Part shown: positions 11,916-24,647 of the stretch, piece by piece
Numbering within the stretch: the first letter of the stretch is position 1
Layout of the letters: every line of letters starts with the position of its first letter
Assembly: GCA_038087875.1 (NCBI GenBank)
Contig: CM075994.1
Span: forward strand, 10,046,001-10,110,000
Source: Malacoraja senta
Taxonomy: Eukaryota
Direction: 5' to 3'
DNA: 64,000 nt
Position numbers and translations under genes: made by a program
The notes under the pieces: generated by a model
The model's input: only the letters and a program-made list of their open reading frames with translations
The model's database searches: none
Told to the model about the DNA's origin: nothing

Positions 11916-13299
11916 TAAGACAGCGGATGAGAATGTGATACTGTATAGTATATAACTAGTGTGAATGGGTAAGAAGAAACTGCAGATGCTGGTTTACACC
12001 AAAGACGCAAAATGCTGGAGTTCCTCAGCAGGTCAGGCGGCATCACTCGAGAGAAAGAATGGGTGACATTTTGGGTTGAGACCTTTCTTCAGACTCCTGA
12101 ACTGACAGACTGTCTCCAGAGATGCTGCCTGTCCCGTTGAGTTTCTCCAGCATTTTGTGTCTATCTTTAGCGCGAATGGGTGATCGATGATCGACATGGT
12201 CTCGATGGGCCGAAGGGCCTGTTTCAACACCGTATCTAAAATAAACGCGACATGAAGAATTAATTCTTGCTTCCGTTATTTCTTTGTGTTGTTAACCTGA
12301 AGCCATCTTTCCGTCTTAATATGGTCCAAATACCTCTTGATTATTAATGCCATCAAAGGTTAATGCGGAAAGGCAGGAGAATGGGGCTGAAGAGGGAAAG
12401 ATAGATCAGTCGTGATTGAATGAAGTAACAGATTCGATGGGCTGAATGGCTTAATTCTGCTCCGTTGACTTAAGGGGTACAGGGAAGATTTACGAGGATG
12501 TTGCCAGGATTAGAGGATCTGAGCTATCGGAGGGATTGCGCAGGCTGGGACTCTTATTCCTTGGAGCGCAGGAGGATGAGGGGTGATCGTATAGAGGTGT
12601 ACAAAATCTTGAGAGGAATAGATCGGGTGGATGCAGAGTCTCTTGCCCAGAGTAGGGAAATCGAGGACCAGAGGACATAGGTAGACACAAAATACTGGAA
12701 CAACTCAGTGGAACAGGCAGCTTCTCAGGAGAGAAGGAATGGGTGACGTTTCAGGTCAAGACCCTTCTTCAGATTTAAGGTGAACGGGAAAAAGATTTCA
12801 TAGGAAACTGAGGGGTAACATTTTCCACACAAAGGGCGGTGGGTGTATGGAACGAGCTGCCAGAGGAGGTAGTTGAGGCTGGTACTATCCCAACATTTGC
12901 GAAACAGTTAAACAGGTACATACTACAATTGACTATTATTATTATTATTATTATTATTGGACTACTGTTCAAGAACAGCTTCTTCCCCACAGCCATCAGG
13001 CTATTAAACATGCCATCAAACAAGCTCTGAACTATAACAGTCTATTGCACTTGATCTGTTTATTTATTGTGTACATATATGGTCTATGGTATATAGACAC
13101 ACTGAACCTTTATCTCCTGTTCTGTATTATTTTTATTCTGTTGTGCTGCAGCAAGCAAGAATTTCATTGTTCTATCTGGGTCACATGACACAAAAACACT
13201 CTTGACTCAAGACGGATAGGCCGGGTTTGGAAGGATATGGGCAGGCAGGTGGGGCTAGTGTGGCTGGGACATGTTGGCAGGTGTCAAGTCAACTCAAGT

Positions 13300-13845
13300 C
13301 TTTCCAGGTGCGACAGAGGTTCACCTGCATCTCCTCCAACCTCATCTATTGCTTCCAGTGCTCTAGATGTCAGCTGATCTACATCGGTGAGACCAAGCGT
13401 AGGCTTGGCGATCGTTTCGCCGAACACCTCCGCTCGGTCCGCATTAACCAACCTGATCTCCCGGTGGCTCAGCACTTCAACTCCCTCTCCCATTCCGAAT
13501 CCGACCTCTCTGTCCTGGGCCTCCTCCATGGCCAGAGTGAGCACCACCGGAAATTGGAGGAACAGCACCTCATATTCCGCTTGGGCAGTCTGCACCCTAG
13601 TGGCATAAACATTGAATTCACCAATTTCCGGTAGCCCTTGCTGTCTCCTCCCCTTCTCAACTTTCCCTCAGCCCTCGGGCTCCTCCTCTTCCTTTTTCCT
13701 TTCTTCTCCCCATCCCTTCCCACCCACCCCTCCCACCCTACTTCAGTCTGAAGAAGGGTTTCAGCCCGAAACGTTGCCTATTTCCTTCGCTCCTTAGATG
13801 CTGCTGCACCCGCTGAGTTTCTCCAGCACTTTTGTCTACCTTCAA
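13300..13845 (+). mobile_element. Penelope-like element 3' fragment (GIY-YIG endonuclease plus hammerhead-containing end)
   Basis: NLIYCFQCSRCQLIYIGETKRRLGDRFAEH; ctgaaga..gaaacgtt motif near 13748-13775. Confidence 0.85.
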
Positions 13846-14395
13846 GTCAAGTCAAGTCACTTTTATTTCTATAGCACATTTAAAAAACAACTCTCGTTGA
13901 CCAAAGTGCTTTACATTGGTGGAGGTACTAACGTTATACAACAGTGGTTCATAGATTAAGTACATACATAAATACATACATATAACCCTCCCTCAGAGGA
14001 CGTCAAGAAAAGCTTGAGAGTAAAGATGAGTTTTAAGTCTCGACTTAAAGGAGTCGATGGAGGGGGCAGTTCTGATGGGAAGAGGGATGCTGTTCCACAG
14101 TCTAGGAGCTGCAACCGCAAAGGCGCGGTCGCCCCTGAACTTATGCCCCTGGGGATGTTCAGCAACCCCAAGTCGGCCGATCTGAGGGACCTGGAGGTGG
14201 TGTGGTGGGTAAGCAGATTTTTGATGTAGGTGGGGGCAAGCCCATTGAGGGCTTTGTAGACATAAAGAAGGATCTTGAAATTTATTCGGAACCGCACAGG
14301 GAGCCAGTGGAGAGAGGCCAGATTCGGGGTGATGTGGTCCCTTTTTCGGGTGCCCGTCAGGAGTCTCGCTGCAGCGTTTTGGACCAGTTGCAGGC
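13845..14395 (-). mobile_element. L2 LINE 3' fragment
   Basis: FRINFKILLYVYKALNGLAPTYI..RSLRS; (gactt)n tail. Confidence 0.8.
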
Positions 14396-14502
14396 GGGGC
14401 GGGGGCGCAAATTAAACCGTCAAAACCGCGCCAAGATTTGAATTACTTTAAAATGAACTCTAAATTACAATTACAATTTAGTGTGGACTAGTTGGGTTGA
14501 AA

Positions 14503-14536
14503 CTAAGATACAAGAGGACCTCCTCTAGTATCTTTG
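14503..14536. mobile_element. 34-bp micro-MITE of the CAAAGAT family
   Basis: ggttgaaa[ctaagatacaagaggacctcctctagtatctttg]ggttgaag; 7/8 TSD. Confidence 0.6.
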
Positions 14537-14636
14537 GGTTGAAGGGCCTTTGTTCTCTCCACACTGTATCATTCTATGACTCTGTGACATTATGAACACT
14601 GGTCATGTGAGGGTCGCTGGGGAGGGGGAGGCTTGA

Positions 14637-14775
14637 AGACGTCATAGAGATCATCTCCGCTCATTGGTTAAAAGCGGGCATGGTATCCTGCTTTCTGATT
14701 GGCCGTTGCCCCTGATTTTTGGGGTCCATCTCTAATCCCTCTATGCAAATGAGATGCCCGGTTTCCGTTATAAAT
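14637..14775 (+). promoter_or_regulatory. Orphan histone-like promoter cassette
   Basis: gacgtca, two attgg boxes, ATGCAAAT 14743-14750, TATAAAT 14769-14775; no histone ORF follows. Confidence 0.45.
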
Positions 14776-15351
14776 GGTTCACCGTTGGACGTTGGCCGCT
14801 TTAAACTTTCAAACACCCGCCCGCGGGGTGGGCAAATTAAACCGTCAAAACCGCGCCAAGATTTGAATTACCTGAAAATGAACTCAAAATTACAATTACA
14901 ATTTAGTTTATTGTCATTTGAACCTCAGATGAAGTTCAAACGAAATTTGGTTTCTGCAGTCATACAACAAAAAGACAATAGGTGTCCAAACCCGTGTGGG
15001 TTTTGACACACTAGAGGCAGGGAACATGTTCCCGATGTTGGGGGAGTCCAGAACCAGGGGCCACACAGTTTAAGAATAAGGGGTTGGCCATTTAGAACGG
15101 AGACGAGGAAACACTTTTTCTCACAGAGAGTGGTGAGTCTGTGGAATTCTCTGCCTCAGAGGGCGGTGGAGGCTGGTTCTCTGGATACTTTCTAGAGAGT
15201 TAGATAGGGCTCATAAAGATAGCGGAGTCGGGATATGGGGAGAAGGCAGGAACGGGGTACTGATTGGGGATGATCAGCCATGATCACATTGAATGGCGGT
15301 GCTGGCTCGAAGGGCCAAATGGCCTCCTCCTGCACCTATTGTCTATTGTCC

Positions 15352-16245
15352 AATAAGAATAAATTTTGCAGGCAATTTTCTTCGTTACAAAGTCGTATCA
15401 GACCTTTGTTCTAATCAGTAATGCAAACAAATTTAAAACTAATTGTTGATAATTTAATAAATGAACGGATACCCGAATAAGAATTAATTTTGCAGGCAAT
15501 TTTATTCGTTACAAAGTCGTATCGGACCGTTGTTCTAATCAGTAATGCAAACAAGTTTAAACTAATTGTTGATAATTTGATAGTGTTTCATTAAAAATCA
15601 ACGGATACCTGAATAATTAATTTTGCAAGCAATTTTCTTCATTACAAAGTCGTATCAGACCTTTGTTCTAATCAATAATGCAAACAAATTTAAAACTCAA
15701 TTAATTGTTGATAATTTAATAGTGTTTCATTAAAAATCAACGGATAACTGAATAAGAATTAATTTTGCAGGCAATTTTCTTCTTTACAAAGTCGTATCAG
15801 ACCTTTGTTCTAATCAATAAAGCAAACAAATTTAAAACTCAATTAATTGTTGATAATTTGAGAGTGCTTTCATTAAAAAATCAACGGATACCTGAATAAT
15901 TAATTTTGCAAGCAATTTTCTTCATTACAAAGTCGTATCAGACATTTTGTTCTAATCAGTAATGCAAACAAGTTTAAAACTAATTGTTGATAATTTAACA
16001 GTTCTTCATTAAAAATCAAATTACAGAATAAGAATTAATTTTGCAGGCAATTTTCTTCGTTACAAAGTCGTATCAGACCTTTGTTCTGATCAGTAATGCA
16101 AACAAATTGTTGATGTTTTAACAGTGCTTCATTAAAAATCAACGGATACCTGAACAAGAATTAATTTTGCAGGCAATTTTCTTGTCACAAAGTTGTATCG
16201 GACCTTTGTTCTAATCAGTAATGCAAACAAGTTTAAAACTCAATT
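15352..16245. repeat. AT-rich tandem repeat, about 125-145 bp unit, 6-7 copies
   Basis: Recurring aattttgcaggcaattttcttcgttacaaagtcgtatcagacctttgttctaatcagtaatgcaaac. Confidence 0.92.
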
Positions 16246-16409
16246 ATCTTTTATTGCAAAGATCCACAAATTCTGAATTAATTCACTGTCTGGTACGTGT
16301 CTCGACACCGGTGCAGTTAGGTTTTCTGTTTCACTAGATCCTGCCATCGACTAACCAAGAGAAATAAGATGCAAGGGGTTGCCAGTCTTTGGTTATTGTG
16401 ATTGTGAAT

Positions 16410-16425
16410 GGCTCTGAAAAGAGCC
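16410..16425 (-). terminator. Histone mRNA 3' stem-loop
   Basis: Minus strand CCAAA-GGCTCTTTTCAGAGCC-ATTCA, canonical stem-loop. Confidence 0.93.
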
Positions 16426-16489
16426 TTTGGGTCGGAGAGGTGTGGAGAAGGAGGGGGAGAGGGGGAAAAAGCGCGGGAGTTTCGTGTTG

Positions 16490-16909
16490 CTATTTGCAGC
16501 TGGTGTATTTGCTGACCGCTTTGGTCCCCTCGGAGACGGCGTGCTTGGCCAGCTCCCCGGGCAGCAGGAGGCGCACGGCCGTCTGGATCTCCCGGGAGGA
16601 CATGGTCTTCCGCTTGCTGGTGCGGATCAGGTTGGCGGCCTCGGAGGCGATGCGCTCGAAGACGTCGTGCACGAAGGAGTTAATGACACTCATGGCCGAC
16701 GAGGCGATGCGCACGTTGGGGTGGACCTGCTTCAGCACCTTGTAGATGTAGATGCCGTAGTTGAGCTGGCCGCACTTGCGCCGCTGCCGCTGCTTCTGCT
16801 TCTGTTTCTTCTTCTTCTCGCCCGGCTTCAGCCGCTTCTTGACGGGGGCTTTCTTCGGCCTCCCAACCCCCCGGCGCGGCGCTCGGCCCTTGGTTGCCCG
16901 CTGCGGCAT
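16490..16909 (-). CDS. H2B: Histone H2B variant 2 (139 aa, Arg/Lys/Gln-rich N-tail), intronless
   Basis: [13 protein letters not shown]...[20 protein letters not shown]...[29 protein letters not shown] at 16909 lies downstream of the TATA-like box. Confidence 0.9.
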   Translation of the reverse strand: MPQRATKGRAPRRGVGRPKKAPVKKRLKPGEKKKKQKQKQRQRRKCGQLNYGIYIYKVLKQVHPNVRIASSAMSVINSFVHDVFERIASEAANLIRTSKRKTMSSREIQTAVRLLLPGELAKHAVSEGTKAVSKYTSCK

Positions 16910-16957
16910 CGTCCGCGGCCGCCGCCGACTGTGCCTCGGGCGCGCCGGGCGACCCCC

Positions 16958-17070
16958 TTTCATAGGCGGCCGCATGCAAATGAGGGATCGCAGGGCGCCG
17001 CCATTCCCATTGGCTCTCGATGCGGCCATTCCGCCGCAGACGATTGGTGGCTCGTTGGCCTCATGCAAAT
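16958..17070 (-). promoter_or_regulatory. H2B-type promoter with two octamers and two CCAAT boxes
   Basis: TATGAAA 16958-16964; ATTTGCAT (minus) 16974-16981 and 17063-17070; CCAAT 17009-17013 and 17043-17047. Confidence 0.8.
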
Positions 17071-17114
17071 GAGAACCCGCTTCCACGTGGCCGTTGGTCC
17101 GAAGACCACTTCAT

Positions 17115-18650
17115 AGAGACAATAGACTATAGACAATAGACAATAGACAATAGACTATAGACTATAGACTATAGACTATAGACTATAGACTATAGACTAT
17201 AGACTATAGACTATAGACTATAGACTATAGACTATAGACTATAGACTATAGACTATAGACTACAGACTACAGACTATAGACTATAGACTATAGACTATAG
17301 ACTATAGACAATAGACTACAGACTACAGACTATAGACTATAGACTATAGACTATAGACTACAGACTACAGACTATAGACAATAGACTACAGACTATAGAC
17401 TATAGACTACAGACTACAGACTATAGACTATAGACTACAGACAATAGACTACAGACTATAGACTACAGACTATAGACTATAGACTATAGACTACAGACTA
17501 TAGACTATAGACTACAGACTATAGACTATAGACAGACTACAGACTACAGACTATTGACTACAGACTATAGACAATAGACTACAGACTATAGACTATAGAC
17601 TACAGCCAATAGGCTACAGACTATAGACAATAGACTACAGACTATAGACTACAGACTATAGACAATAGACTACAGACTATAGACTATAGACTACAGACAA
17701 TAGACTACAGACTATAGACTATAGACTATAGACTACAGACTATAGACTACAGACTATAGACTATAGACTACAGACTATAGACTACAGACTACAGACTATA
17801 GACTATAGACAGACTACAGACTACAGATTATAGACTACAGACTATAGACTACAGACTATAGACTATAGACCACAGACTACAGACTATAGACTATAGACTA
17901 TAGACAATAGACTACAGACTATAGACTACAGACTATAGACTATAGACTATAGACTATAGACAATAGACTACAGACTATAGACTATAGACAATAGACTACA
18001 GACTATAGACAATAGACTACAGACTATGGACTATAGACTATAGACTATAGACTATAGACTATAGACTATAGACTATAGACAATAGACTATAGACAATAGA
18101 CTATAGACAATAGACTATAGACTATAGACAATAGACTATAGACTATAGACTATAGACTACAGCATATAGACAATAGACTAGACTATAGACTACAGACTAT
18201 AGACAATAGACTACAGACTATAGACTATAGACTACCGACTATAGACTATAGACTACAGACTATAGACAATAGACTACAGACTATAGACTATAGACTACAG
18301 ACTATAGACTATAGACTATAGACTACAGACTATAGACTATAGACTATAGACTATAGACTATAGACAATAGACTATAGACAATAAACTATAGACAATAGAC
18401 TACAGACTATAGACAATAGACTACAGACTATAGACAATAGACAATAAACTATAGACAATAGACTATAGACAATAGACTGTAGACTATAGACAATAGACAA
18501 TAAAATATAGACTACAGACTATAGACTATAGACTTTAGACAATAGACTATAGACTATAGACAATAGACAATAAACTATAGACAATAGACTACAGATTATA
18601 GACTATAGACTATAAACAATAGACTATAGACTATAGACAATAGACTATGG
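17115..18650. repeat. Heptamer satellite (GACTATA/GACAATA/GACTACA)n, about 1.5 kb
   Basis: Direct inspection; runs into a reverse-complemented CR1-family 3' end (gacaataggtgcaggagtaggccatt). Confidence 0.97.
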
Positions 18651-18707
18651 ACAATAGGTGCAGGAGTAGGCCATTCCCTCTGGAAGGCGCCTCCTGATTG
18701 TCAAAAC

Positions 18708-19235
18708 CAAAGATCCTATAGCGGAGCAAGATAGATCACTCCTTCTAAATGCAATGGGCTGGGACAGATTTGTGAAATTTGAAAAATGTATAGACTGTAT
18801 TGAACAATTTGTATAGCCTCCGAAAATGTCGGATGAATTTTTCGCACGGTTCACGTGTTGTATATATTTATTACTTGAATAAAATCTATTTTGACATTTT
18901 AAAAAAGCACGCAACAGAACGTGGGCCTTTTTTTCATCCATTTCAGTAACTCGACCCGACCAGACTCGCAGTGTCATCAACGTTGCGGGCGAACAGTTTG
19001 TGCTAATAAATTTAAATTCTGAAAATGAGGAGAAGATTTTTACCAAATTACTTTTATTTTCAAGAGGATGTTTCCGTAACCGGCTTCCGTCTCCGCACTA
19101 GTATCCTATGGGATCTTTAGTGCGGAGACGGAAGCCGGTTACGGAAATGGGGCCGAAACTTACCCATGAATCTGCCCATGACCGTACTACGTCTTTTTCG
19201 TCGAGTGGTCTATCTTGCTTGCTGTAGGACCATTG
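18708..19235. mobile_element. About 530-bp MITE (CAAAGAT TIR, degenerate 8-bp TSD) with internal 30-bp perfect hairpin
   Basis: TIRs caaagatcctatagcggagcaagatagatcact / agtggtctatcttgcttgctgtaggaccattg; hairpin arms 19071-19100 and 19118-19147. Confidence 0.75.
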
Positions 19236-20659
19236 GATAAAGCTGCCACAGCCAGATATAAAAACAGTTTTTACCCACGAGTAGTTGCTCTACTCAACAG
19301 CCAAAAATCTGTAGCCTCCCTTTGATCTGGCATTTTGTTGGTTCACATGCTTGATCAATGGTGTTTTATCATTAATGTTTTATTATTATTAATGTTTAGT
19401 ATTTTCTGAGTCATTCTTAACTGTCACTGTATGTCATGTTGTTACTTGTGGGCAGAGCACCAAGGCAAATTCCTTGTATGTGAATACTTGGCCAATAAAC
19501 ATACTTACTTACTTACTTACTTATTCGGCCCTTCGATTCAATGTGATCATGGCTGGTCATCCACAATCAGTACCCCGTTCCTGCCTTCTCAAAGGTTCAA
19601 AAGGTTCAAAGGTTCATTTATTGTCACATACACCAATTGGTGTAGTGAAATTCGAGTTGCCATTGCGGCACATTAATAAGAATACAACATAACATTATCA
19701 AGGAATTTAACATTAAACATATCCTCCATATCCACTGACTCCGCTACCTTTAAGTGCCCTATCTAGCTCTCTCTTGAAAGTATCCAGAGAACCGGCCTCC
19801 ACCGCCCTCTGAGGCAGAGGATTCCACAGACTCACAACTCTCTGTGTGAAAAAAATGTTTCCTCGTCTCCATTCTAAACGGCTCACCCCTTTTCTTAAAC
19901 TGTGTGGCCCCTGGTTCTGGACTCCCCCAACATCGGGAACATGTTTCCTGCCTCTGGCGTGTCCAAACCCTTAATAATCTTGGAGGGTACGGCAGCATCT
20001 ATGGATCTATGCTCCATAGAAGCTGCCTCACCCACTGAGTTTCTCCAGCAATTTTGTCTACCTTCGATTTTCCAGCATCTGCAGTTCTTTCTTGAACACT
20101 CTTAATAATCTTACATGTTTCAATAAATTCCAGAGTGTACCAGGCCAGATCCGGCCTTTGGGCCATAGGTTGCCGACCCCATTGTAGAGTTATAACAGTG
20201 CGGAAACAGGCCCCTTCTCGCCTCACATGTCCCAGCCACACTAGCCCCACCATATCCCTCCAAACCTGCCCTGTTTAACTGTTTCGCAAACGTAGGGATT
20301 GACCCAGCCTCAACTATCTCTTCTGGCAGCTCGTTCCAGACACCCACCACCCTTTGTGTGGAAAATGTTACCCCTCAGTTTATTATTCAATCTTTTCCCG
20401 TTCACCTTAAATCTGAAGAAGGGTCTCGACCCAAAACGTCACCCATCCCTTCTCTCCAGAGATGCTGCCTGTCCCGCTGAGTTACCCCAGCTTTTTGTGT
20501 CTATCTTCGGTTTAAACCCAGCATCTGCAGTTCCTGCTTACACACTATCCATGTACCTGATTGTTTCTCAAGCGTTTCTCGAACTGCCTCATCTACCTCC
20601 TCTGGCAGCTCGTTCTGTATACCCACCACCCTTTGTGTGAAAGCGTTACCCATAATTGA

Positions 20660-21290
20660 TAACATAGAAACATAGAAAATAGGTGCAGGAGTAGGCCATT
20701 CGGCCCTTCGAGCCTGCACCGCCATTCAATATGATCATGGCTGATCATCCAACTCAATATCCTGTACCTGCTTTCACTCCATACCCCCTGATCCCTTTAG
20801 CCACAAGGGCCACATCTAACTCCCTCTTAAATATAGCCACTGAACTGGCCTCAACTACATTCTGTGGCAGAGAATTCCAGAGATTCACCACTCTCTGTGT
20901 AAAAAATGTTTTTCTCATCTCAGTCCTAAAAGATTTCCCCTTTATCCTTAAACTGTGACCCCTTGTTCTGGACTCTCCCAACATCGGGAACAATCTTCCT
21001 GCATCTAGCCTGTCCAACCCCTTAAGAATTTTGTACGTTTCTATAAGATCCCCCCTCAGTCTTCTAAATTCCAGCGAGTACAAGCCGAGTCTATCCAGTC
21101 TTTCCTCATATGAAAGTCCTGACATCCCAGGAATCAGTCTGGTGAACCTTCTCTGTACTCCCTCTATGGGAAGAATGTCCTTCCTCCGATTAGGAGACTA
21201 AAACTGTACACATTACTCCAGGTGTGGTTTCACCAAGACCCTGTACAACTGCAGTAGAACCTCCCTGCTCCTATACTCAAATCCTTTTGT
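20660..21290 (-). mobile_element. CR1 LINE 3' fragment
   Basis: MSGLSYEERLDRLGLYSLE...GYGVKAGTGY. Confidence 0.88.
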
Positions 21291-22439
21291 AGATAAAAAA
21301 TACATCTATTGATGCTCCTGGGGTTATTGGGTGTTTCAGGTCTTTCAACATTAGACACCCTCGCCCAGGCAACTCAGCCGTGGTTGATTAGACCACGACT
21401 TGTGTTCAGGTGGCATTCGCTCCTCCCCATGGACCTTCTCTCCGGCTCCAGAGCCATCTCAAGGCCTTCTCCGCTGCCTCTGTGGTGTTCTTGATGGCTC
21501 TTCTCCTCGATGATGCCCAGTGCGCTCTAGGCTTCGTAGAGCGATTATTCCCCTTCACCTTAAACCCAAGTCCTCTGTTCCTCGTCCCCCTCGGTTTGAG
21601 AAGATTTATGTCAAAACCAGCTGCAATCTATTTCATGTGATAATAATAATAATAATAATGGATTTTATTTACGGGCGCCTTATACCGAGGTCTCAAGGAC
21701 ACCATACAGAGATTTATAGAAAACATATAATCAGAATTAAAAAAAAATAGGTTATAAAGACCAATACATAAATCAGGGACAGAATTCCTTCCAAAAACAC
21801 AAAAAAAAGAAAATCAGAAGCACAATTTGAGGAGAGAGCAGCTGTGATGAGACAGAACTAATGATCTTGCTACTTTTCCCGCCTTTTCGGAAGATGTAGC
21901 TAATTAGTTAATTTAACACGAGTTTCAAATAACCAGCTGTCTATACATTTTTAGTGTCGCATAGTCTGGCATTTTTTTCTCTCTGCTAATTTCTTTCATC
22001 TTGTAAAATGTGCAGCTCTTCCAAATGAATGAATGAATGAATTAATAAGTTTATTGGCCAAGTATTCACATACAAGGAATTTGCCTTGGTGCTCCGCCCG
22101 CAAGTGACAACATGAAATTTATTACCTTTCTCAGCAGTAATATTATTTACAAGACAGTGTTTCTTAGAAACCACTCGAGGGAAACATGCTCTTTGATCTC
22201 TCTAATTTCCTCACACACTCAACCCCACCTTCTCTAATACTTAAAATATGTTTGATTTCAAACTTTTCCTCGTTTTAATGAAAAAACATTGACCTGAAAT
22301 GCCTGGATCTGGATCTGGATGTAGATCGCTGAAAAGCACCAGGTGGAGCATCACTCAGCACTATGATGATGGGGGACTTGCTAGTCGAGATGGAGATGCT
22401 TTTGGAGTTGCATCTTTGTATGGGTTGATGTTTTGGAGA

Positions 22440-23120
22440 TCTCTGATGCTGGCTGGTAGTGTATTCCAATCCCTTGTGGTGCATATTTCTGAAGATCTCT
22501 CCTGGTCCGAGAACACTGATTCAATTATTAAGAAAGCACATCAGCTTCCTGAGAAGATTACGGAGAGTCGGTATGTCAAGGAGGACTCTCTCTAACTTCT
22601 ACAGGTGCACAGTAGAGAGCATGCTGGCTTGCTTTGGAAACTTGAGCGCCCAGGAGTGGAAAAGACTGCAGAAAGTTGTGACCACTGCCCAGTCCATCAT
22701 CGGCTCTGACCTCCCTACCATCGAGGGGATCTATCGCAGTCGCTGCCTCAAAAAGGCTGCCAGCATCGTCAAGGACCCACACCATCCAGGCCACACACTC
22801 ATCTCCCCGCTACCTTCAGGTAGAAGGTATAGGAGCCTGAAATCTGCAACATCCAGGTTCAGAAATAGCTACTTCCCCACAGCCATCAGGCTATTGAACT
22901 CAACTGAAACAAATCTCTGAACATTAATAGTCCATTATCTGTTTATTTGCACTTTATCTGCTTATTTATTGATGTGTGTATAAATTTATATAATGGTATA
23001 TGGACACACTGATATGTTCTGTATTCATGCCAACTATATTGTGTTGTGCTGAAGCAAAGCAAGAATTTCATTGTCCTATCTGGGACACATGACAATAAAC
23101 TCTCTTGACTTGACTTGACT
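22440..23120 (+). mobile_element. Rex1/Babar-like LINE 3' fragment
   Basis: FLRRLRR..FYRCTVES..KDPHHPGH..PSGRRYRS..SYFPTAIRLLN; (gactt)n tail. Confidence 0.8.
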
Positions 23121-23482
23121 GTCTAGAAGAAAAACGAGTTAGAAAGTGCTAATGAAGTGCCGTGCGGAATGAAATAATTTCCAGGTTGGCAGCTTTTATT
23201 TGACATGCCTATGGGTGCTTGGGTTAACTGGATGTGGTCCTCCATCTTTGAATCAATAGTGGTATTCTTGATCTTGTGGAATGTTGTCAGTCTGATGAAC
23301 CTGCGACGAGTATTAGGTGGATGAAGTTTAAGATCCTTTATCGTGCTGGAGACTGGTGTCAGATATGAACCTTGCTGCTCTGTTTGGCACTGTCTCTATC
23401 TTATTGATGTTCCCTTGAGTGAAAGGATCCCACACGGAACAGCTATATTCAACCTGTGGACACACAAGGCTTTTAAAGGTTT

Positions 23483-24566
23483 ACAAGCGTAGGTTTACAA
23501 GGTTTACAAGGTTAATTCCCGGGATGGCGGGACTGTCATATGCTGAGAGAATGAAGCGGCTGGGCTTGTACACCTTGGAGTTTAGAAGGATGAGAGGGAA
23601 TCCTATTGAAACTTATAAGATTGTTAAGGGTTTGGACACGCTAGAGGCAGGAAACATGTTCCCGATGTTGGGGAAGTCCAGAACCAGGGGCCACACAGTT
23701 TAAGAATAAGGGGTAACGCATTTAGAATGGAGATGAGGAAACACTTTTTCACACAGAGAGTTGTGAGTCTGTGGAATTCTCTGTCTCAGAGGGCGGTGGA
23801 GGCCGGTTCTCTGGATACTTTCAAGAGAGAGTTAGATAGGGCTCTTAAAGATAGCGGAGTCAGGGGATATGGGGAGAAGGCAGGAACGGGGTACTGATTG
23901 GGGATGATCAGCCATGATCACATTAAATGGCGGTGCTGGCTCGAAGGGCATCTTGAAAGCATCCAGAGAACCGGCATCCACCGCCCTCTGAGGCAGAGAA
24001 TTCCACAGACTCACCACTCTCTGTAAGAAAAAGTGTTTCCTCATCTCTGTTCTAAATGGCTTACCCCTTATTCTTAAACTGTGGCCCCTAGTTCTGGACT
24101 CACCCAACATCGGGAACATGTTTCCTGCCTCTAGCGTGTCCAAACCCTTAACAATCTTATATGTTTCAATGAGAAACCCTCTCATCCTTCTAAACTCCAG
24201 AGTGTACAAGCCCAGCTGCTCCATTCTCTCAGCATATGACAGTCCCGCCATCCCGGGAATTAACCTTGTAAATTTACGCTGTACTCCCTCAATAGCAAGA
24301 ATGTCCTTCCTTAAATTAGGGGACCAAAACTGCACACAATACTCCAGGTGTGGTCTCACTAGGGCTCTGTACAACTGCAGAAGGACCTCTTTGCTCCTAT
24401 ATTCGATTCCTCTTGTTATGAAGGCCAACATGCCATTCGCTTTCTTCACCGCCTGCTGTACCTGCATGCTTACTTTCATAGACTGATGTACAAGGACCCC
24501 CAGATCCCGTTGTACTTCCCCTTTTCCCAACTTGACGCCATTTAGATAGTAATCTGCCTACCTGCC

Positions 24567-24568
<2 letters not shown>
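23483..24568. mobile_element. Two CR1/HER1-type fragments joined tail-to-tail (plus 23483-23950, minus 23951-24568)
   Basis: Same ORF2 C-terminal peptide on opposite strands. Confidence 0.8.

Positions 24569-24644
<76 letters not shown>
24569..24644. repeat. (TAA)n microsatellite
   Basis: About 25 perfect units. Confidence 0.97.

Positions 24645-24647
<3 letters not shown>

Noticed and set aside
15352..16245. Possible CRISPR-like array
   Set aside because: Whole units repeat with no unique spacers, and the context is eukaryotic
16910..17086. Longer 198-aa version of H2B variant 2
   Set aside because: The upstream frame overlaps the octamer, CCAAT and TATA-like elements
23483..24568. Large inverted repeat as a functional hairpin
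   Set aside because: Explained by two adjacent, oppositely oriented copies of a very abundant LINE
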